From: Actinomycetes bacterium
GTDB lineage: Bacteria; Actinomycetota; Acidimicrobiia; Acidimicrobiales; JABEUL01
Length of the DNA: 12,529 bases
Direction of reading: 5' to 3'
NCBI GenBank assembly: GCA_021777355.1
Contig: JAJYDO010000082.1
Coordinates: forward strand, 1 to 12,529
Of the stretch, positions 1-9,107 are shown piece after piece. A program made the position numbers and the translations under genes. How positions within the stretch are numbered: position 1 is the first letter of the stretch; each line of letters opens with the position of its first letter. The notes below the pieces were generated by a model that was not told the DNA's origin, made no database searches, and was given only the letters and a program-made list of their open reading frames with translations.

Positions 1-34
1 TTGCATCTTTGACATCTTTATCCAAAGCGCGCAT
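1..34 (-). CDS. 5' end of an unidentified gene running off the window edge, beginning MRALDKDVKDA. In Actinobacteria this position after infB is usually occupied by DUF503 or rbfA, but the 11 visible codons do not identify it.
   Basis: ATG at 34..32 on the minus strand is preceded by GGAGG about 12 nt upstream, and the frame stays open to position 1. Only 11 codons are visible. Confidence 0.25.
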   Translation of the reverse strand, partial: MRALDKDVKDA

Positions 35-196
35 AATATTAATTGACCTCCATTCGGTTGATTGGTGTTTTTTCATTACTTTCCGATTATGTCGGAAGAC
101 CACCATCAACCGGGTGGATAGTCATGCCCTACCACCTATTATCCCTAGTCAGAAGCTATACTGCCTATTCGCGCGGCCTCTAAGTAGCACAAAACA

Positions 197-2935
197 TCAA
201 AGTGTTCTGGGGATCTCTTTTTCATCGAAGGTTTCAATAACATCGCCTTCCTTGAGATCTTGGAAGTCGGATAATCCAATTCCACATTCAAACCCCGATT
301 GAACTTCCCTTACATCATCTTTAAATCTTCTTAGTGACTGGACAGTACCTCTCCAGATGATGACACCGTCTCTTAGGAACCTAACTTTAGATCCTCTTGT
401 AATGGTCCCTTCAAGAACGTAACATCCAGCGACCGAACCGGCTTTTGGCACTTTAAACACGGACCTGACTTCGGCTTCGCCAGTCACAACTTCTTCATAA
501 CTTGGAGTCAACATGCCAACCATTGCGAGTTCAATATCTTCAATTACTTGATAAATAATTTCATAAGTTCTTATTTGAACTTTATTAATCTCGGCCATCT
601 CTCTGGCTCGTCTGTCCGGCCTTACGTTAAATCCAACGATCGTGGCATTTGACGCGGCCGCCAGTTGAACGTCATTTTCCGTAATTCCTCCGACCGCCCT
701 GTGAACAAATGAAACTTTGACCTCGTCACGCTCCAATTTTTTAAGGCTCTCCGTGATTGCTTCCAGAGAACCTTGCACATCGGCTTTTAGAACAATATTT
801 AGTGTCGCTACCTCTCCTCTGGAAATTTGTTCAAAAATATCTTCCAGTCGAGCACCTGGGATCGATACTGCAGTTGATACATGGCCCGCAAAGCGTCTAC
901 GTTGCTCCCGTGCTTCACCTATTACGCGAGCATCGCCTTGTTCAGCTGTAACTCTTAGCTCATCGCCGGCCTGTGGTGGCTCGGAAAACCCAAGTACCTG
1001 AACAGGCGTGGAAGGACCGGCTTCTTTTATTGACTCACCGCGATCATTCAGCATTGCCTTCACTCGACCCCAAGCTGCACCGGCTACGATTGCATCTCCT
1101 ACCCGAAGAGTTCCAGATTGGACGATAACCGTAGCAACCGGGCCGCGTCCAACATCCAAGTTGGCCTCCAGTACTGTTCCTCTACCCTTTTTCGTTGTGT
1201 CGGCCTCTAGTTCCAACATGTCGGCAACTAATGTCAAGTGCTCTAATAAATCGTCTATACCAAGATTTGTCAAAGCTGACACCTCAACTACTACGGCGTC
1301 GCCGCCCCACGCCTCGGGAACGAGTCCGTGCTCTGAAAGCTGCTGCATCACTCGGTTGGGGTCTGCATCCGGTCGATCAATCTTGTTTATCGCAACCACT
1401 ATGGGAACTTCAGCCGCTTTGGCGTGAGCAATAGCTTCAACTGTCTGTGGCATCACTCCGTCATCTGCGGCAACAACTAAAACAACAATGTCAGTTGTCT
1501 TAGCGCCGCGTGCTCTCATGGCAGTGAAAGCTTCGTGACCGGGAGTGTCAATGAATGTAAGCAGCCTTCCGTCAAGATTCACCTGATAAGCACCAATGTG
1601 TTGGGTTATTCCCCCGGCCTCTCCTGCTACCACATTGGCATTTCGGATCTTATCAAGCAGAAGAGTTTTTCCGTGGTCAACATGGCCCATGACAGTAATC
1701 ACAGGAGGCCGCTGGCGTAAATGAAGAGATTCTAAATCACTTTCGTCGCCAAAGTACTTTGCGACTAAAGTTGCTTCTTGTTCTTGGCCCGCATCGACAA
1801 GCTTGATATTGGCTCCGATCTCAGCGGCAAAAAGCTCGATCATGTCATCTGAAAGCGACTGGGTAGCAGTAACCATTTCGCCATGAAGCAGCAAAAACCG
1901 GATTACATCGCCCGCTGACCTATTTAACTTTGGACCAATTTCCTGGGCAGTACTTGCCCGCTCGATAATCACCTCAAAGTCAGGCACGGCTGCATTAGAG
2001 GGAGTATAGGTAGTGATTTGAGTCGGTTCGAGTTCCTCTATTACTTTGCGTCGACGCCTTGCGGTTTTACGTTGCGGTGGGCGATTGCTTCTACTTGGAG
2101 GTCCTCCGGCAGTCCCTTTCCCGGCAGGAATGGCGCCGGCTTCGGGTCTAAGCTGCGGTGGCACGGATCTTCTAGGTCCAGAACCTCTGGGTGAATCGCT
2201 TGGTGAAAAACTTGTGGGCGCACCGGTCCGTGGAGCACCTCCCCTTGGCGGTCCTTGTCGAGGTGGGGGCTTTTGACCGCTATGACCTTGCGAAGGAACG
2301 TTTGGCTGGGATTTTCTGCCACCCAATCCAGGCGGAGGCGGAATTGGCTTGCCGCTAAGTCCAGTCATGGCCCTAGGGGGTGGAGGAATTGGTTTGCCCG
2401 TTGTGCTCATTGGTCGAGGAGGCGCGCTTGGAGGAGATTGAAAACTCCTTGGCGGATGAGACTTTTGGCCACTAGATGGCGGCATGACGGTTACATCTTT
2501 TGAGAACTGCGATGATTGAGTGCTTTTGCCTAAATCTGTTGGAGGTGTCGGTCGCTCTTTTTCAGGAATTGCCTTTTCGACAACTTCTTCCTTTTCAACA
2601 ACTTCTTCTTCGCTTTGCCCGACCGGAAAGGCGGGTCTGGCAGGAGCGGTGGAGCCTGACCTTACGACTCCGCGTTTTTTGGCAACCGGGGGTTGTTCGG
2701 ATTTTTGTTCCTGCGCAACAGCTTCAGAGGCAATTTGCGCTTCTTCTCGTTCGGCTGGTTTCCTAAGTCCTTCGGCATCTGCCTTCCGACGGACTCGGTC
2801 GGCCTGGGCTTCTTCAATTGATGAGGAGTGGCTCTTTACATCAATTCCGAGCGCGACACAAAGCTCAAGGGCTTCCTTATTGGAAATCCCAAGTTCCTTG
2901 GCTATCTCATATACTCGGACTTTCTTTGCTGGCAC
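197..2935 (-). CDS. infB: Translation initiation factor IF-2
   Basis: 912-aa ORF with the G-domain motifs [13 protein letters not shown] and NKID, an extended Pro/Gly/Ala-rich low-complexity N-terminal region, and C-terminal beta-barrel domains. It uses a GTG start preceded by AAGGAG 4 nt upstream, and sits at the end of the rimP-nusA-ylxR-infB operon. Confidence 0.97.
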   Translation of the reverse strand: MPAKKVRVYEIAKELGISNKEALELCVALGIDVKSHSSSIEEAQADRVRRKADAEGLRKPAEREEAQIASEAVAQEQKSEQPPVAKKRGVVRSGSTAPARPAFPVGQSEEEVVEKEEVVEKAIPEKERPTPPTDLGKSTQSSQFSKDVTVMPPSSGQKSHPPRSFQSPPSAPPRPMSTTGKPIPPPPRAMTGLSGKPIPPPPGLGGRKSQPNVPSQGHSGQKPPPRQGPPRGGAPRTGAPTSFSPSDSPRGSGPRRSVPPQLRPEAGAIPAGKGTAGGPPSRSNRPPQRKTARRRRKVIEELEPTQITTYTPSNAAVPDFEVIIERASTAQEIGPKLNRSAGDVIRFLLLHGEMVTATQSLSDDMIELFAAEIGANIKLVDAGQEQEATLVAKYFGDESDLESLHLRQRPPVITVMGHVDHGKTLLLDKIRNANVVAGEAGGITQHIGAYQVNLDGRLLTFIDTPGHEAFTAMRARGAKTTDIVVLVVAADDGVMPQTVEAIAHAKAAEVPIVVAINKIDRPDADPNRVMQQLSEHGLVPEAWGGDAVVVEVSALTNLGIDDLLEHLTLVADMLELEADTTKKGRGTVLEANLDVGRGPVATVIVQSGTLRVGDAIVAGAAWGRVKAMLNDRGESIKEAGPSTPVQVLGFSEPPQAGDELRVTAEQGDARVIGEAREQRRRFAGHVSTAVSIPGARLEDIFEQISRGEVATLNIVLKADVQGSLEAITESLKKLERDEVKVSFVHRAVGGITENDVQLAAASNATIVGFNVRPDRRAREMAEINKVQIRTYEIIYQVIEDIELAMVGMLTPSYEEVVTGEAEVRSVFKVPKAGSVAGCYVLEGTITRGSKVRFLRDGVIIWRGTVQSLRRFKDDVREVQSGFECGIGLSDFQDLKEGDVIETFDEKEIPRTL

Positions 2936-3087
2936 TTAACTCCTTAATTGCACTCATAGCACTGTCAGCGAAAAATTAATTGGCGTGCAGCTTGAATCTA
3001 CTCGGCACTCGGCCAAGATTCCCTCTTTGAGGGTGATCCAACTGTTAAACCAAACTTTCTTTTCCATCTTTTTATTCATTTTCAATT

Positions 3088-3303
3088 CTAAAACAGGTCA
3101 GACGCTGCTAATTTCAAAACCGATATATCAATCTCATCTGAAGAGCATCTAAAAGCTCTTTTCAAAAGCCCTTTATTAAATGCAATCTCCATACATTTTA
3201 GGGAATCCCTGCAAAGCCAGGCACCTCGCCCTTCGCCTTTTAGTTGCACCTTATTGGAATTATCAAGGCTAAAGCGCAACAGAAGATCTGTCGACTTTTT
3301 CAT
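3088..3303 (-). CDS. ylxR: YlxR/DUF448 family protein, a putative RNA-binding protein of the nusA-infB operon. The true start is probably upstream of the first ATG; see finding.
   Basis: The GRGAWLCRDSLKCMEIAFNKGLLKRAF segment matches the conserved GRGAY(I/V)C core of YlxR. It occupies the canonical position between nusA and infB. The N-terminal PERTCISCR motif is encoded in frame immediately upstream of the annotated ATG. Confidence 0.8.
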   Translation of the reverse strand: MKKSTDLLLRFSLDNSNKVQLKGEGRGAWLCRDSLKCMEIAFNKGLLKRAFRCSSDEIDISVLKLAASDLF

Positions 3304-3335
3304 GCGACAACTAATACATGTTCTCTCGGGTGAAA

Positions 3336-4535
3336 TTAGGTTCCTTCCTCTTCGTTAGCTCCTTTTTCAGATCCTTTGGCTTGGCCCGGTTCAATATCTT
3401 CATCTTGGTTGACCTGGTCTTTTTCTCCTGAACCTGGTTCTTCGGCGCCTTGAGACCATTCTTCGGCAGTTACTGCATCGCTCCCGTCAGCCGGCTGCCA
3501 AACCATATTTCCGCTCTCGTCTTCAACCCATTCACCTTCAGCCCACGTACTTGCCTCATCGGCAAGCTGAGATTCGCTCTTGATATCGATTCTCCAACCG
3601 GTCAATCTTGCAGCCAATCGAGCATTTTGGCCCTCTTTCCCAATTGCCAGTGAAAGCTGGAAGTCGTTAACTATTACAGTTGCCGTTCCGGTTTCTTCGT
3701 CTAGGATTACTTCCCTGACCTTTGCAGGCTGAAGTGCCCGCTGAACAAATTCCGCAGGATCATCTGAGTAGGGGACGATGTCAATTTTCTCGCCTCTTAG
3801 CTCATTGGTTACCATTCTCACTCTTGCTCCCCTGGCTCCCACGCAGGCTCCGACTGGATCAACGTTTGAGTCATTCGAGAAAACGGCGATCTTGGTTCTG
3901 TGCCCAGGCTCTCTCGCAATAGCCTTTAACTCCACCACGCCGGAAGCAATTTCAGGCACTTCCAGCACAAATAATTGGTGAATAAGACCTGGATGGCTCC
4001 TACTTACAACTATTTGGGGTCCCTTGGAAGTTTTTCTAATCTCGACAATATAGGCCTTCAACCTTGCATTATGCTCATAACGCTCAAAAGGAACTTGTTC
4101 GGCTTGAGGGAGAAGTGCCTCAACTTTGCCAAGATCTAAAAGGGTATATCTGTTGTCGCTTTGTTGGATAATTCCTGTGACAATATTGCCTTCGCGGCCC
4201 GCATACTCTTCGTATTTCAAGTCTCTTTCAGCTTCTCTTATCCGCTGCATAATGACTTGCTTTGCAGTTTGAGCCGCAATTCGTCCAAAGTCTTTGGGAG
4301 TGTCATCCCACTCTCTAAGAACGTTTCCATCCTCATCGAGTTCTTGGCCGTATACTCGTATGTCTCCAGAATCTGGATCAATAGTAACTACGGCTTCTTC
4401 TGCAGAGTTTGGCAATCGCTTGTACGCGGCAACCAATGCATTGGCCAGGGCATCAAGAAGAGTGTCGACGCTGATGTTCTTATCTCTGGCAATTTGCGCG
4501 AGTGCCTCAATGAATTCGAAATTACTTGAAGTCAT
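3336..4535 (-). CDS. nusA: Transcription termination/antitermination factor NusA
   Basis: 399-aa ORF with a NusA N-terminal domain, S1 domain and two KH domains, plus an acidic C-terminal tail. It overlaps rimP by 4 nt (ATGA), consistent with translational coupling. Confidence 0.97.
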   Translation of the reverse strand: MTSSNFEFIEALAQIARDKNISVDTLLDALANALVAAYKRLPNSAEEAVVTIDPDSGDIRVYGQELDEDGNVLREWDDTPKDFGRIAAQTAKQVIMQRIREAERDLKYEEYAGREGNIVTGIIQQSDNRYTLLDLGKVEALLPQAEQVPFERYEHNARLKAYIVEIRKTSKGPQIVVSRSHPGLIHQLFVLEVPEIASGVVELKAIAREPGHRTKIAVFSNDSNVDPVGACVGARGARVRMVTNELRGEKIDIVPYSDDPAEFVQRALQPAKVREVILDEETGTATVIVNDFQLSLAIGKEGQNARLAARLTGWRIDIKSESQLADEASTWAEGEWVEDESGNMVWQPADGSDAVTAEEWSQGAEEPGSGEKDQVNQDEDIEPGQAKGSEKGANEEEGT

Positions 4536-5098
4536 ACCTTCGATCCTCCAATTGCAGGCGAAATAAGATCTTTTGTAAGTTTCGGTGCCCGCGTTTTACT
4601 CTTGGAATCTCCAGAGGAGTCATTCCAGACAAAAATAGTTTTGGCTTTTTCTATATCATCAAAAGCAATGGTGACATTAATGGATTCGTTGCTTGAAGGC
4701 GAGGTTGTTTTTATTGAAACCGAGTCATTACTAACTTCTGTTATTTGGCCCGAATGCCTTCGATCATCTTGGGAGCCGGGCTTTAGGCGGATACTCACGC
4801 TTTGTCCAACGGCATTCTTGAAGTGTTCCAGAGTTCTTAAATTGCGCTCCAAACCGGGTGAAGAAACTTCAACAGCAACACTATCCAATGAGACTACTTG
4901 TTCTTCCTCTAAGATCGAATTGATCTTCAAGTGAGTTTTGGCGATCGAATCAAGGTCCGCCGGGTTTCCCGAACTTGTTTCAACCGTAATTTTCACTAAA
5001 TTCACGGAGGCGTCAATGTCATAAATCCGCAGCCCACAACTGTGTACATAAGGTTCGATTGTTCCCCTTATTGCTGCCTCTAAGCTGGTTTTTTCCAT
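4532..5098 (-). CDS. rimP: Ribosome maturation factor RimP
   Basis: 188-aa ORF immediately upstream of nusA, with the typical RimP/DUF150 N-terminus. AGGAGG lies 4 nt upstream of the ATG. Confidence 0.92.
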   Translation of the reverse strand: MEKTSLEAAIRGTIEPYVHSCGLRIYDIDASVNLVKITVETSSGNPADLDSIAKTHLKINSILEEEQVVSLDSVAVEVSSPGLERNLRTLEHFKNAVGQSVSIRLKPGSQDDRRHSGQITEVSNDSVSIKTTSPSSNESINVTIAFDDIEKAKTIFVWNDSSGDSKSKTRAPKLTKDLISPAIGGSKV

Positions 5099-5135
5099 TT
5101 ATCCTCCTTTCATTTAATAACTATGCCAGCACAAT

Positions 5136-5165
5136 AAAAAGCGTGGGCGACAGCCCACGCGTTTT
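5136..5165 (-). terminator. Rho-independent terminator downstream of proS. It is symmetric and could function in both directions.
   Basis: A perfect 8-bp GC-rich stem (gcgtgggc 5141-5148 / gcccacgc 5153-5160) with a 4-nt loop. It is flanked by A5 on the plus strand, which gives U5 on the minus transcript, and by GTTTT on the other side. It lies 48 nt past the proS stop. Confidence 0.7.
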
Positions 5166-5212
5166 GGTTGTGCCACATGTTTAAGCCATGTAGCCAAAAA
5201 CTCGCTTTTACA

Positions 5213-6952
5213 TCATACCAGGAGATCTCTTATTAGAATTGCCAGATCCTCCAAAGAATGCTCCTCTTTTTCACCATTTCGTCTATTTTTAAGTTCAAAA
5301 ACCCCTTTAGCCAGCCCTTTCGCACCTATGACGAGCTGCCAAGGTATCCCGATCAAATCTGCATCGTTGAATGCCACCCCTGCCGAAACCTCCCGGTCAT
5401 CGAAAAGCACCTCAATACCGGCATCTTCCAGCTCGCCCACAACCTTCTCTGCACTTTGAAATACTTTCTCGTCTTTTGTGCCGCCAATTGCAATTACATG
5501 AATTAAAAAGGGTGCGATTGCTTTGGGCCAGATTAGGCCCTTGTTGTCGCAATTTGCTTCTGCCACGACAGCCATCAAACGAGATACCCCGATGCCGTAG
5601 CATCCCATCCAATACTGAGAGGAAGTCCCGGATTTATCGAGAAATGTCGCCCCTTCCATTTTGGAGGAATACGTAAGTCCTAGCTGAAAGGTATGGGCGG
5701 CTTCCACGGAGCGGCGAAGGGCAACTTGCGAGTTGCAAATTGGACACAAATCGCCATCTTCTACCTGAGCCAAGCTCATCCAAATATCTACATTAAAGTC
5801 CCTCCTTGGGAACACTCCCCCGATATGAGTGTCTGCCTTGTTCCCGCCAACTACCCAGCCCACACTAGGTGATGCCGATACAAGCGGATCTGCCACTATG
5901 GTGACACCTTCTAAGCCGACAGGACCAATAAAGCCTTTGATGAATCTCTTGCTGACATCGAAGTCCTCTTCTTCATATAGCTTCCAGCCAAAGGGCAAAA
6001 CTACCGACCTTGAACCGGGCACAAGCATAACGACATCTTTGCCGTTCTCATCTTTCCCAACCAGTGCTTGTATCAATCCCTTTGAGCCAAGCTTGCCAAG
6101 ATGTGAGGATAACTGGTCGGCTATTTCGGCTATTGAACCTGAACCCGGGGTGTAAAACTCGAGATTATCGACACCTTGAGAGTTTTTTAACCCCTCGGCC
6201 AAATTTGCTTCAATATCACTCTCGTCGACTTTGCCTCCTTTGGCTGCCTCGACATTGGCTTTGTAGTCACAACTTGTACAAGATACGAATAAGTCCTCCC
6301 CGATCGAAGATGGCACCATATATTCATGGTTAACGTCGCCTCCAATTGCCCCCGACGACGCCTCTACGGGAACTACTTCTAGCGAAAGTCGTGAAAATAT
6401 TGAGTTATAGGCCAATCTAATAACTTCGTAGGTCGCAGCCATAGAATCTTTATCTGCATCGAATGAGTAAGCATCACACATAAGGAGTTCTCTGGTTCTA
6501 AGAAGGCCAAAACGTGGTCTGGCCTCATCTCGGAACTTGGTCTGTAACTGATAGACAGTTACAGGAAGGTTTCGCCAGGATTCGGCAATGGCCGACACAG
6601 TGCGTGTGACTACCTCTTCATGAGTCGGACCCAGAACAAATTTGCCACCTCTCCCTGTGACGACGAATGCGGGAAGAATCTCGCCAAATGATTTGTCTCT
6701 TCCGCTTTCTTCCCAAAGCTCAAGGGGCTGCAAAACCGGCATCAACATCTCTTGAGCGCCCACTGCATCCAGCTCCTGTCTTATAATGGAAGAGATATTA
6801 GCTAAAACTTTTAGTCCCAGCGGCAAGTAAGTTTGCACTCCTGATGCCAATCTCTGTATATAACCGGCCCTCAACAGTAATTTATGGCTCTCCACCTCCG
6901 CATCACTGGGAGCTTCTCGGAGAGTTTTTACAAGTAAACGTGAAATTCGCAC
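5213..6952 (-). CDS. proS: Proline--tRNA ligase, bacterial type with an INS editing domain
   Basis: 579-aa ORF with class II aaRS motifs, an internal editing-domain-sized insertion and a C-terminal anticodon-binding domain. It starts with GTG. Confidence 0.97.
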   Translation of the reverse strand: MRISRLLVKTLREAPSDAEVESHKLLLRAGYIQRLASGVQTYLPLGLKVLANISSIIRQELDAVGAQEMLMPVLQPLELWEESGRDKSFGEILPAFVVTGRGGKFVLGPTHEEVVTRTVSAIAESWRNLPVTVYQLQTKFRDEARPRFGLLRTRELLMCDAYSFDADKDSMAATYEVIRLAYNSIFSRLSLEVVPVEASSGAIGGDVNHEYMVPSSIGEDLFVSCTSCDYKANVEAAKGGKVDESDIEANLAEGLKNSQGVDNLEFYTPGSGSIAEIADQLSSHLGKLGSKGLIQALVGKDENGKDVVMLVPGSRSVVLPFGWKLYEEEDFDVSKRFIKGFIGPVGLEGVTIVADPLVSASPSVGWVVGGNKADTHIGGVFPRRDFNVDIWMSLAQVEDGDLCPICNSQVALRRSVEAAHTFQLGLTYSSKMEGATFLDKSGTSSQYWMGCYGIGVSRLMAVVAEANCDNKGLIWPKAIAPFLIHVIAIGGTKDEKVFQSAEKVVGELEDAGIEVLFDDREVSAGVAFNDADLIGIPWQLVIGAKGLAKGVFELKNRRNGEKEEHSLEDLAILIRDLLV

Positions 6953-7007
6953 ACCTAAAGCCTACGATGTCAGTAGTCGGCGTGAAAACAATTCCGAAAG
7001 GAGATTT

Positions 7008-7859
7008 ATGGGAATCCTGGAAAAACACCATGAGAAGGTATTCGAGACTCAACTGGCCGCCTGGCAGAGAGAGACTTATGAACTTGAGGAGTTGATTGAA
7101 AAGGCCCGAGCCAACCAGCCAATAGATCCGTCGTCATCTGATACTTCGATGGTTGCCAAAAGAGGTGAACATATTTACTATGTGCTTAATTACGCAGATT
7201 TAGTTGAAGTCAAGCAGCAGCGAGGACACTATCAAGGGGGATACTCTGGTTTTTCTTTCCATGTTGCAAAAAATGTCAATTACAGGGTAGGCGGAATGAG
7301 AGGCCACTATGTTCCGGGTCCCGAACTTCCGACCGAGATTGATTCAGGATCTGTAGCTATTACGGACCAGCGCATTGTATTCCAAGGATCTTCACATACA
7401 AGGGAGTGGAATTTTGACAAGTTGATAGGTTACGAGCACGAGGCAGCTGCGCCTTTAACTTGGATTCATGTCTCCAACCGTCAAAAAACATCTGGAATCA
7501 AGTATGCGGCCGGCCTAATTACAACAATCCACTTTGAAATTGCCAGAGCGGTCGCAGTCCATGGGAACGACTTAGCGGGATTTGTCGATCACCTCGAAAA
7601 GGAACTTACCCAACAGATGCAGGAACGTCCCCAAGCGCCCTCGGGAAGGCGCAACCCAGCGCCCAAAATGCCAATCCCTAGGCTTTCACAGCCACAGATG
7701 GCAGTGGCTAACCAGAAAGTGAGTAAAAAACAGCCTACGCCTCCCCCAGGTTGGTACAGCGACCCTGGTGGGACTGGCATGCTCAGGTGGTGGAATGGCA
7801 CAAATTGGACCCAATCGGTGGGAATTCCTCCCGGGGCTTCGCCTGTTGTAGCAAAATAG
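7008..7859 (+). CDS. Hypothetical protein with an N-terminal coiled segment, a bacterial PH-like core (ITDQRIVF...FDKLIGYE) and a C-terminal DUF2510 motif (GWYSDPGGTGMLRWWNGTNWT) after a Pro/Gln-rich linker.
   Basis: 283-aa ORF with GGAGA 4 nt upstream of the ATG, divergent from proS. The C-terminal W/Y motif matches the DUF2510 consensus GWYPDP...RYWDG..WT. Confidence 0.75.
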   Translation: MGILEKHHEKVFETQLAAWQRETYELEELIEKARANQPIDPSSSDTSMVAKRGEHIYYVLNYADLVEVKQQRGHYQGGYSGFSFHVAKNVNYRVGGMRGHYVPGPELPTEIDSGSVAITDQRIVFQGSSHTREWNFDKLIGYEHEAAAPLTWIHVSNRQKTSGIKYAAGLITTIHFEIARAVAVHGNDLAGFVDHLEKELTQQMQERPQAPSGRRNPAPKMPIPRLSQPQMAVANQKVSKKQPTPPPGWYSDPGGTGMLRWWNGTNWTQSVGIPPGASPVVAK

Positions 7860-7889
7860 TGAATACTAAGTTATTGGCAAATTAGCGAT

Positions 7890-8675
7890 ATGACATCTAA
7901 CGATTTTGTGTTTGAAGAAGGTGACTTAAGGAAAATTCCTGCGTCAAAACTCCTCTTCAAAGAACTAAAAGCTTCCGTCAGGCCCCCGTATTGGTTTTTC
8001 GGTGGAATTGCGGCCAATTTAACGTTAGCGTTGCTAGCCATTGCCTGGACTGCCTTCACCCACAAAACATTTCCTAGACCCGGGCTTTTGGGAGTTTTTA
8101 TTTCCGGGTGGCTACTAGCCGACGTAACCACTACTAATCAATTGGGAAATGATCCGGAAAGAGCCGGTTATCTAATAAGGGGCGGAATGGTTCCCTCTAC
8201 GCTTTTGAAGCTACGAAACCTGATGCTTTTTTCCATTATTGCCCCGGTTGCAGTTGCAGCTACCATTATCGGGGAATCTATAGCAAAATCCAATCACCAT
8301 TTGGCATCAGATCTCATAATTGCTCTTCTTCCTTTTTGTTCGGGATTAGCTCTAGGTAATTTGACGTCGGCTCTGGCACCTTATAAACAAATCACGTTAA
8401 AAGAGAGACTGAAAGATCGACGCTCGTGGATTCCGTGGATGCTGAAAGCTTCACTGCCCTATATATTGAGCTCATTGTTTCTGCCATTAATTTTATTTCC
8501 AGCATATTCCGCAGGTTTGCTTCGTCCGCACCACATAGCAAAGGTGACTGCCCTAACCGGAGCAGTGATTATTCTATGGTCCATTTTTCTAGGAGTAATC
8601 GGGTCAAGTATCGCCTTTAGAATTGCAGATTCTAGAACATCAAAGTACTTGAATACTATTTGGAAAGAATCTTAA
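7890..8675 (+). CDS. Hypothetical polytopic membrane protein of about 6 predicted TM helices, with an ABC-2-permease-like size and topology but no adjacent ATPase
   Basis: 261-aa ORF with several hydrophobic 20-aa stretches, lying 30 nt downstream of the DUF2510 gene on the same strand. The RBS is weak. Confidence 0.65.
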   Translation: MTSNDFVFEEGDLRKIPASKLLFKELKASVRPPYWFFGGIAANLTLALLAIAWTAFTHKTFPRPGLLGVFISGWLLADVTTTNQLGNDPERAGYLIRGGMVPSTLLKLRNLMLFSIIAPVAVAATIIGESIAKSNHHLASDLIIALLPFCSGLALGNLTSALAPYKQITLKERLKDRRSWIPWMLKASLPYILSSLFLPLILFPAYSAGLLRPHHIAKVTALTGAVIILWSIFLGVIGSSIAFRIADSRTSKYLNTIWKES

Positions 8676-8699
8676 TTATGAGAAAAAAGGAGATTGAAG

Positions 8700-9044
8700 A
8701 TGGGAACATATAAAGATGTACAAGAGGCCCTTAGGGAACCTGTCAAGGATTTGAGATCGTTTATTCCAGATGTATGGTCCGCATTTGCTGACGAACACAG
8801 ACACGTAATGAAAGATGGAGCATTGACCACCAAATCAAAGGAGCTTATAGCTTTGGCTATTGCAGTTGTAAAAAGGTGTGACGGATGCATAGCTGCACAC
8901 GCAAAAGGTGCCCAACGCTCCGGCGCTTCCCCCGAAGAAGTAGCCGAGGCGCTTTCGGTCGCGCTCATGATGGATGGATCAACCGTAACTGTTTATGGTC
9001 CAAGGGCATTCGAAGCCTATAGAGAATTTTCAAATACAAATTAA
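8700..9044 (+). CDS. Carboxymuconolactone decarboxylase / AhpD-like family protein (CxxCxxxH motif: CDGCIAAH)
   Basis: About 115 aa. AAAAGGAGA lies 6 nt upstream of ATG 8700. The track begins at the in-frame TTG 8694, and the ATG is preferred. It carries the conserved KRCDGCIAAH active-site motif of the CMD/AhpD core domain. Confidence 0.85.
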   Translation: MGTYKDVQEALREPVKDLRSFIPDVWSAFADEHRHVMKDGALTTKSKELIALAIAVVKRCDGCIAAHAKGAQRSGASPEEVAEALSVALMMDGSTVTVYGPRAFEAYREFSNTN

Positions 9045-9107
9045 ACTTTCCCTATTTGGGCACTTCGCCTTGATTGCTAGACAGGTCTAATCCAAATTAA
9101 CTGTAAT

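Noticed and set aside
35-196. Possible terminator or extra gene in the 160-nt gap after infB
   Set aside because: No stable GC-rich hairpin with a U-tract and no ORF with an RBS could be identified by eye. The gap is probably just intergenic leader for the next gene.
9-302. 97-aa plus-strand ORF overlapping the 3' end of infB
   Set aside because: It lies antisense to a strongly supported infB. It has no RBS and a low-complexity composition, so it is a shadow ORF.
717-2939. Multiple plus-strand ORFs (717..1001, 757..951, 1008..1427, 1195..1434, 1535..1720, 2046..2276, 2255..2503, 2500..2766, 2520..2939) inside infB
   Set aside because: All are antisense to IF-2, are Arg/Pro/Ser-rich as expected for antisense frames of a GC-rich, Pro-rich gene, and have no homology signal.
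3450-4566. Plus-strand ORFs antisense to nusA (3450..3653, 3722..3922, 3778..3981, 4161..4529, 4294..4566) and to rimP (4602..4934)
   Set aside because: They are shadow ORFs within well-supported genes, with no RBS and no recognisable domains.
5258-7095. Plus-strand and short minus-strand ORFs inside proS (5258..5506, 5371..5676, 5412..5612, 5829..6155, 6064..6333, 6844..7095)
   Set aside because: They are antisense or out of frame relative to the 579-aa ProS ORF. The 6844..7095 ORF also runs through the proS start and intergenic region, and the real plus-strand gene starts at 7008 with a good RBS.
7589-8131. Minus-strand ORFs 7589..7801 and 7871..8131 overlapping the DUF2510 and membrane-protein genes
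   Set aside because: They are antisense to longer, better-supported plus-strand ORFs, and their sequences are low-complexity.
8672-8968. 98-aa minus-strand ORF overlapping the AhpD-like gene
   Set aside because: The plus-strand frame carries a conserved CxxCxxxH catalytic motif and an RBS, while the minus ORF has neither.
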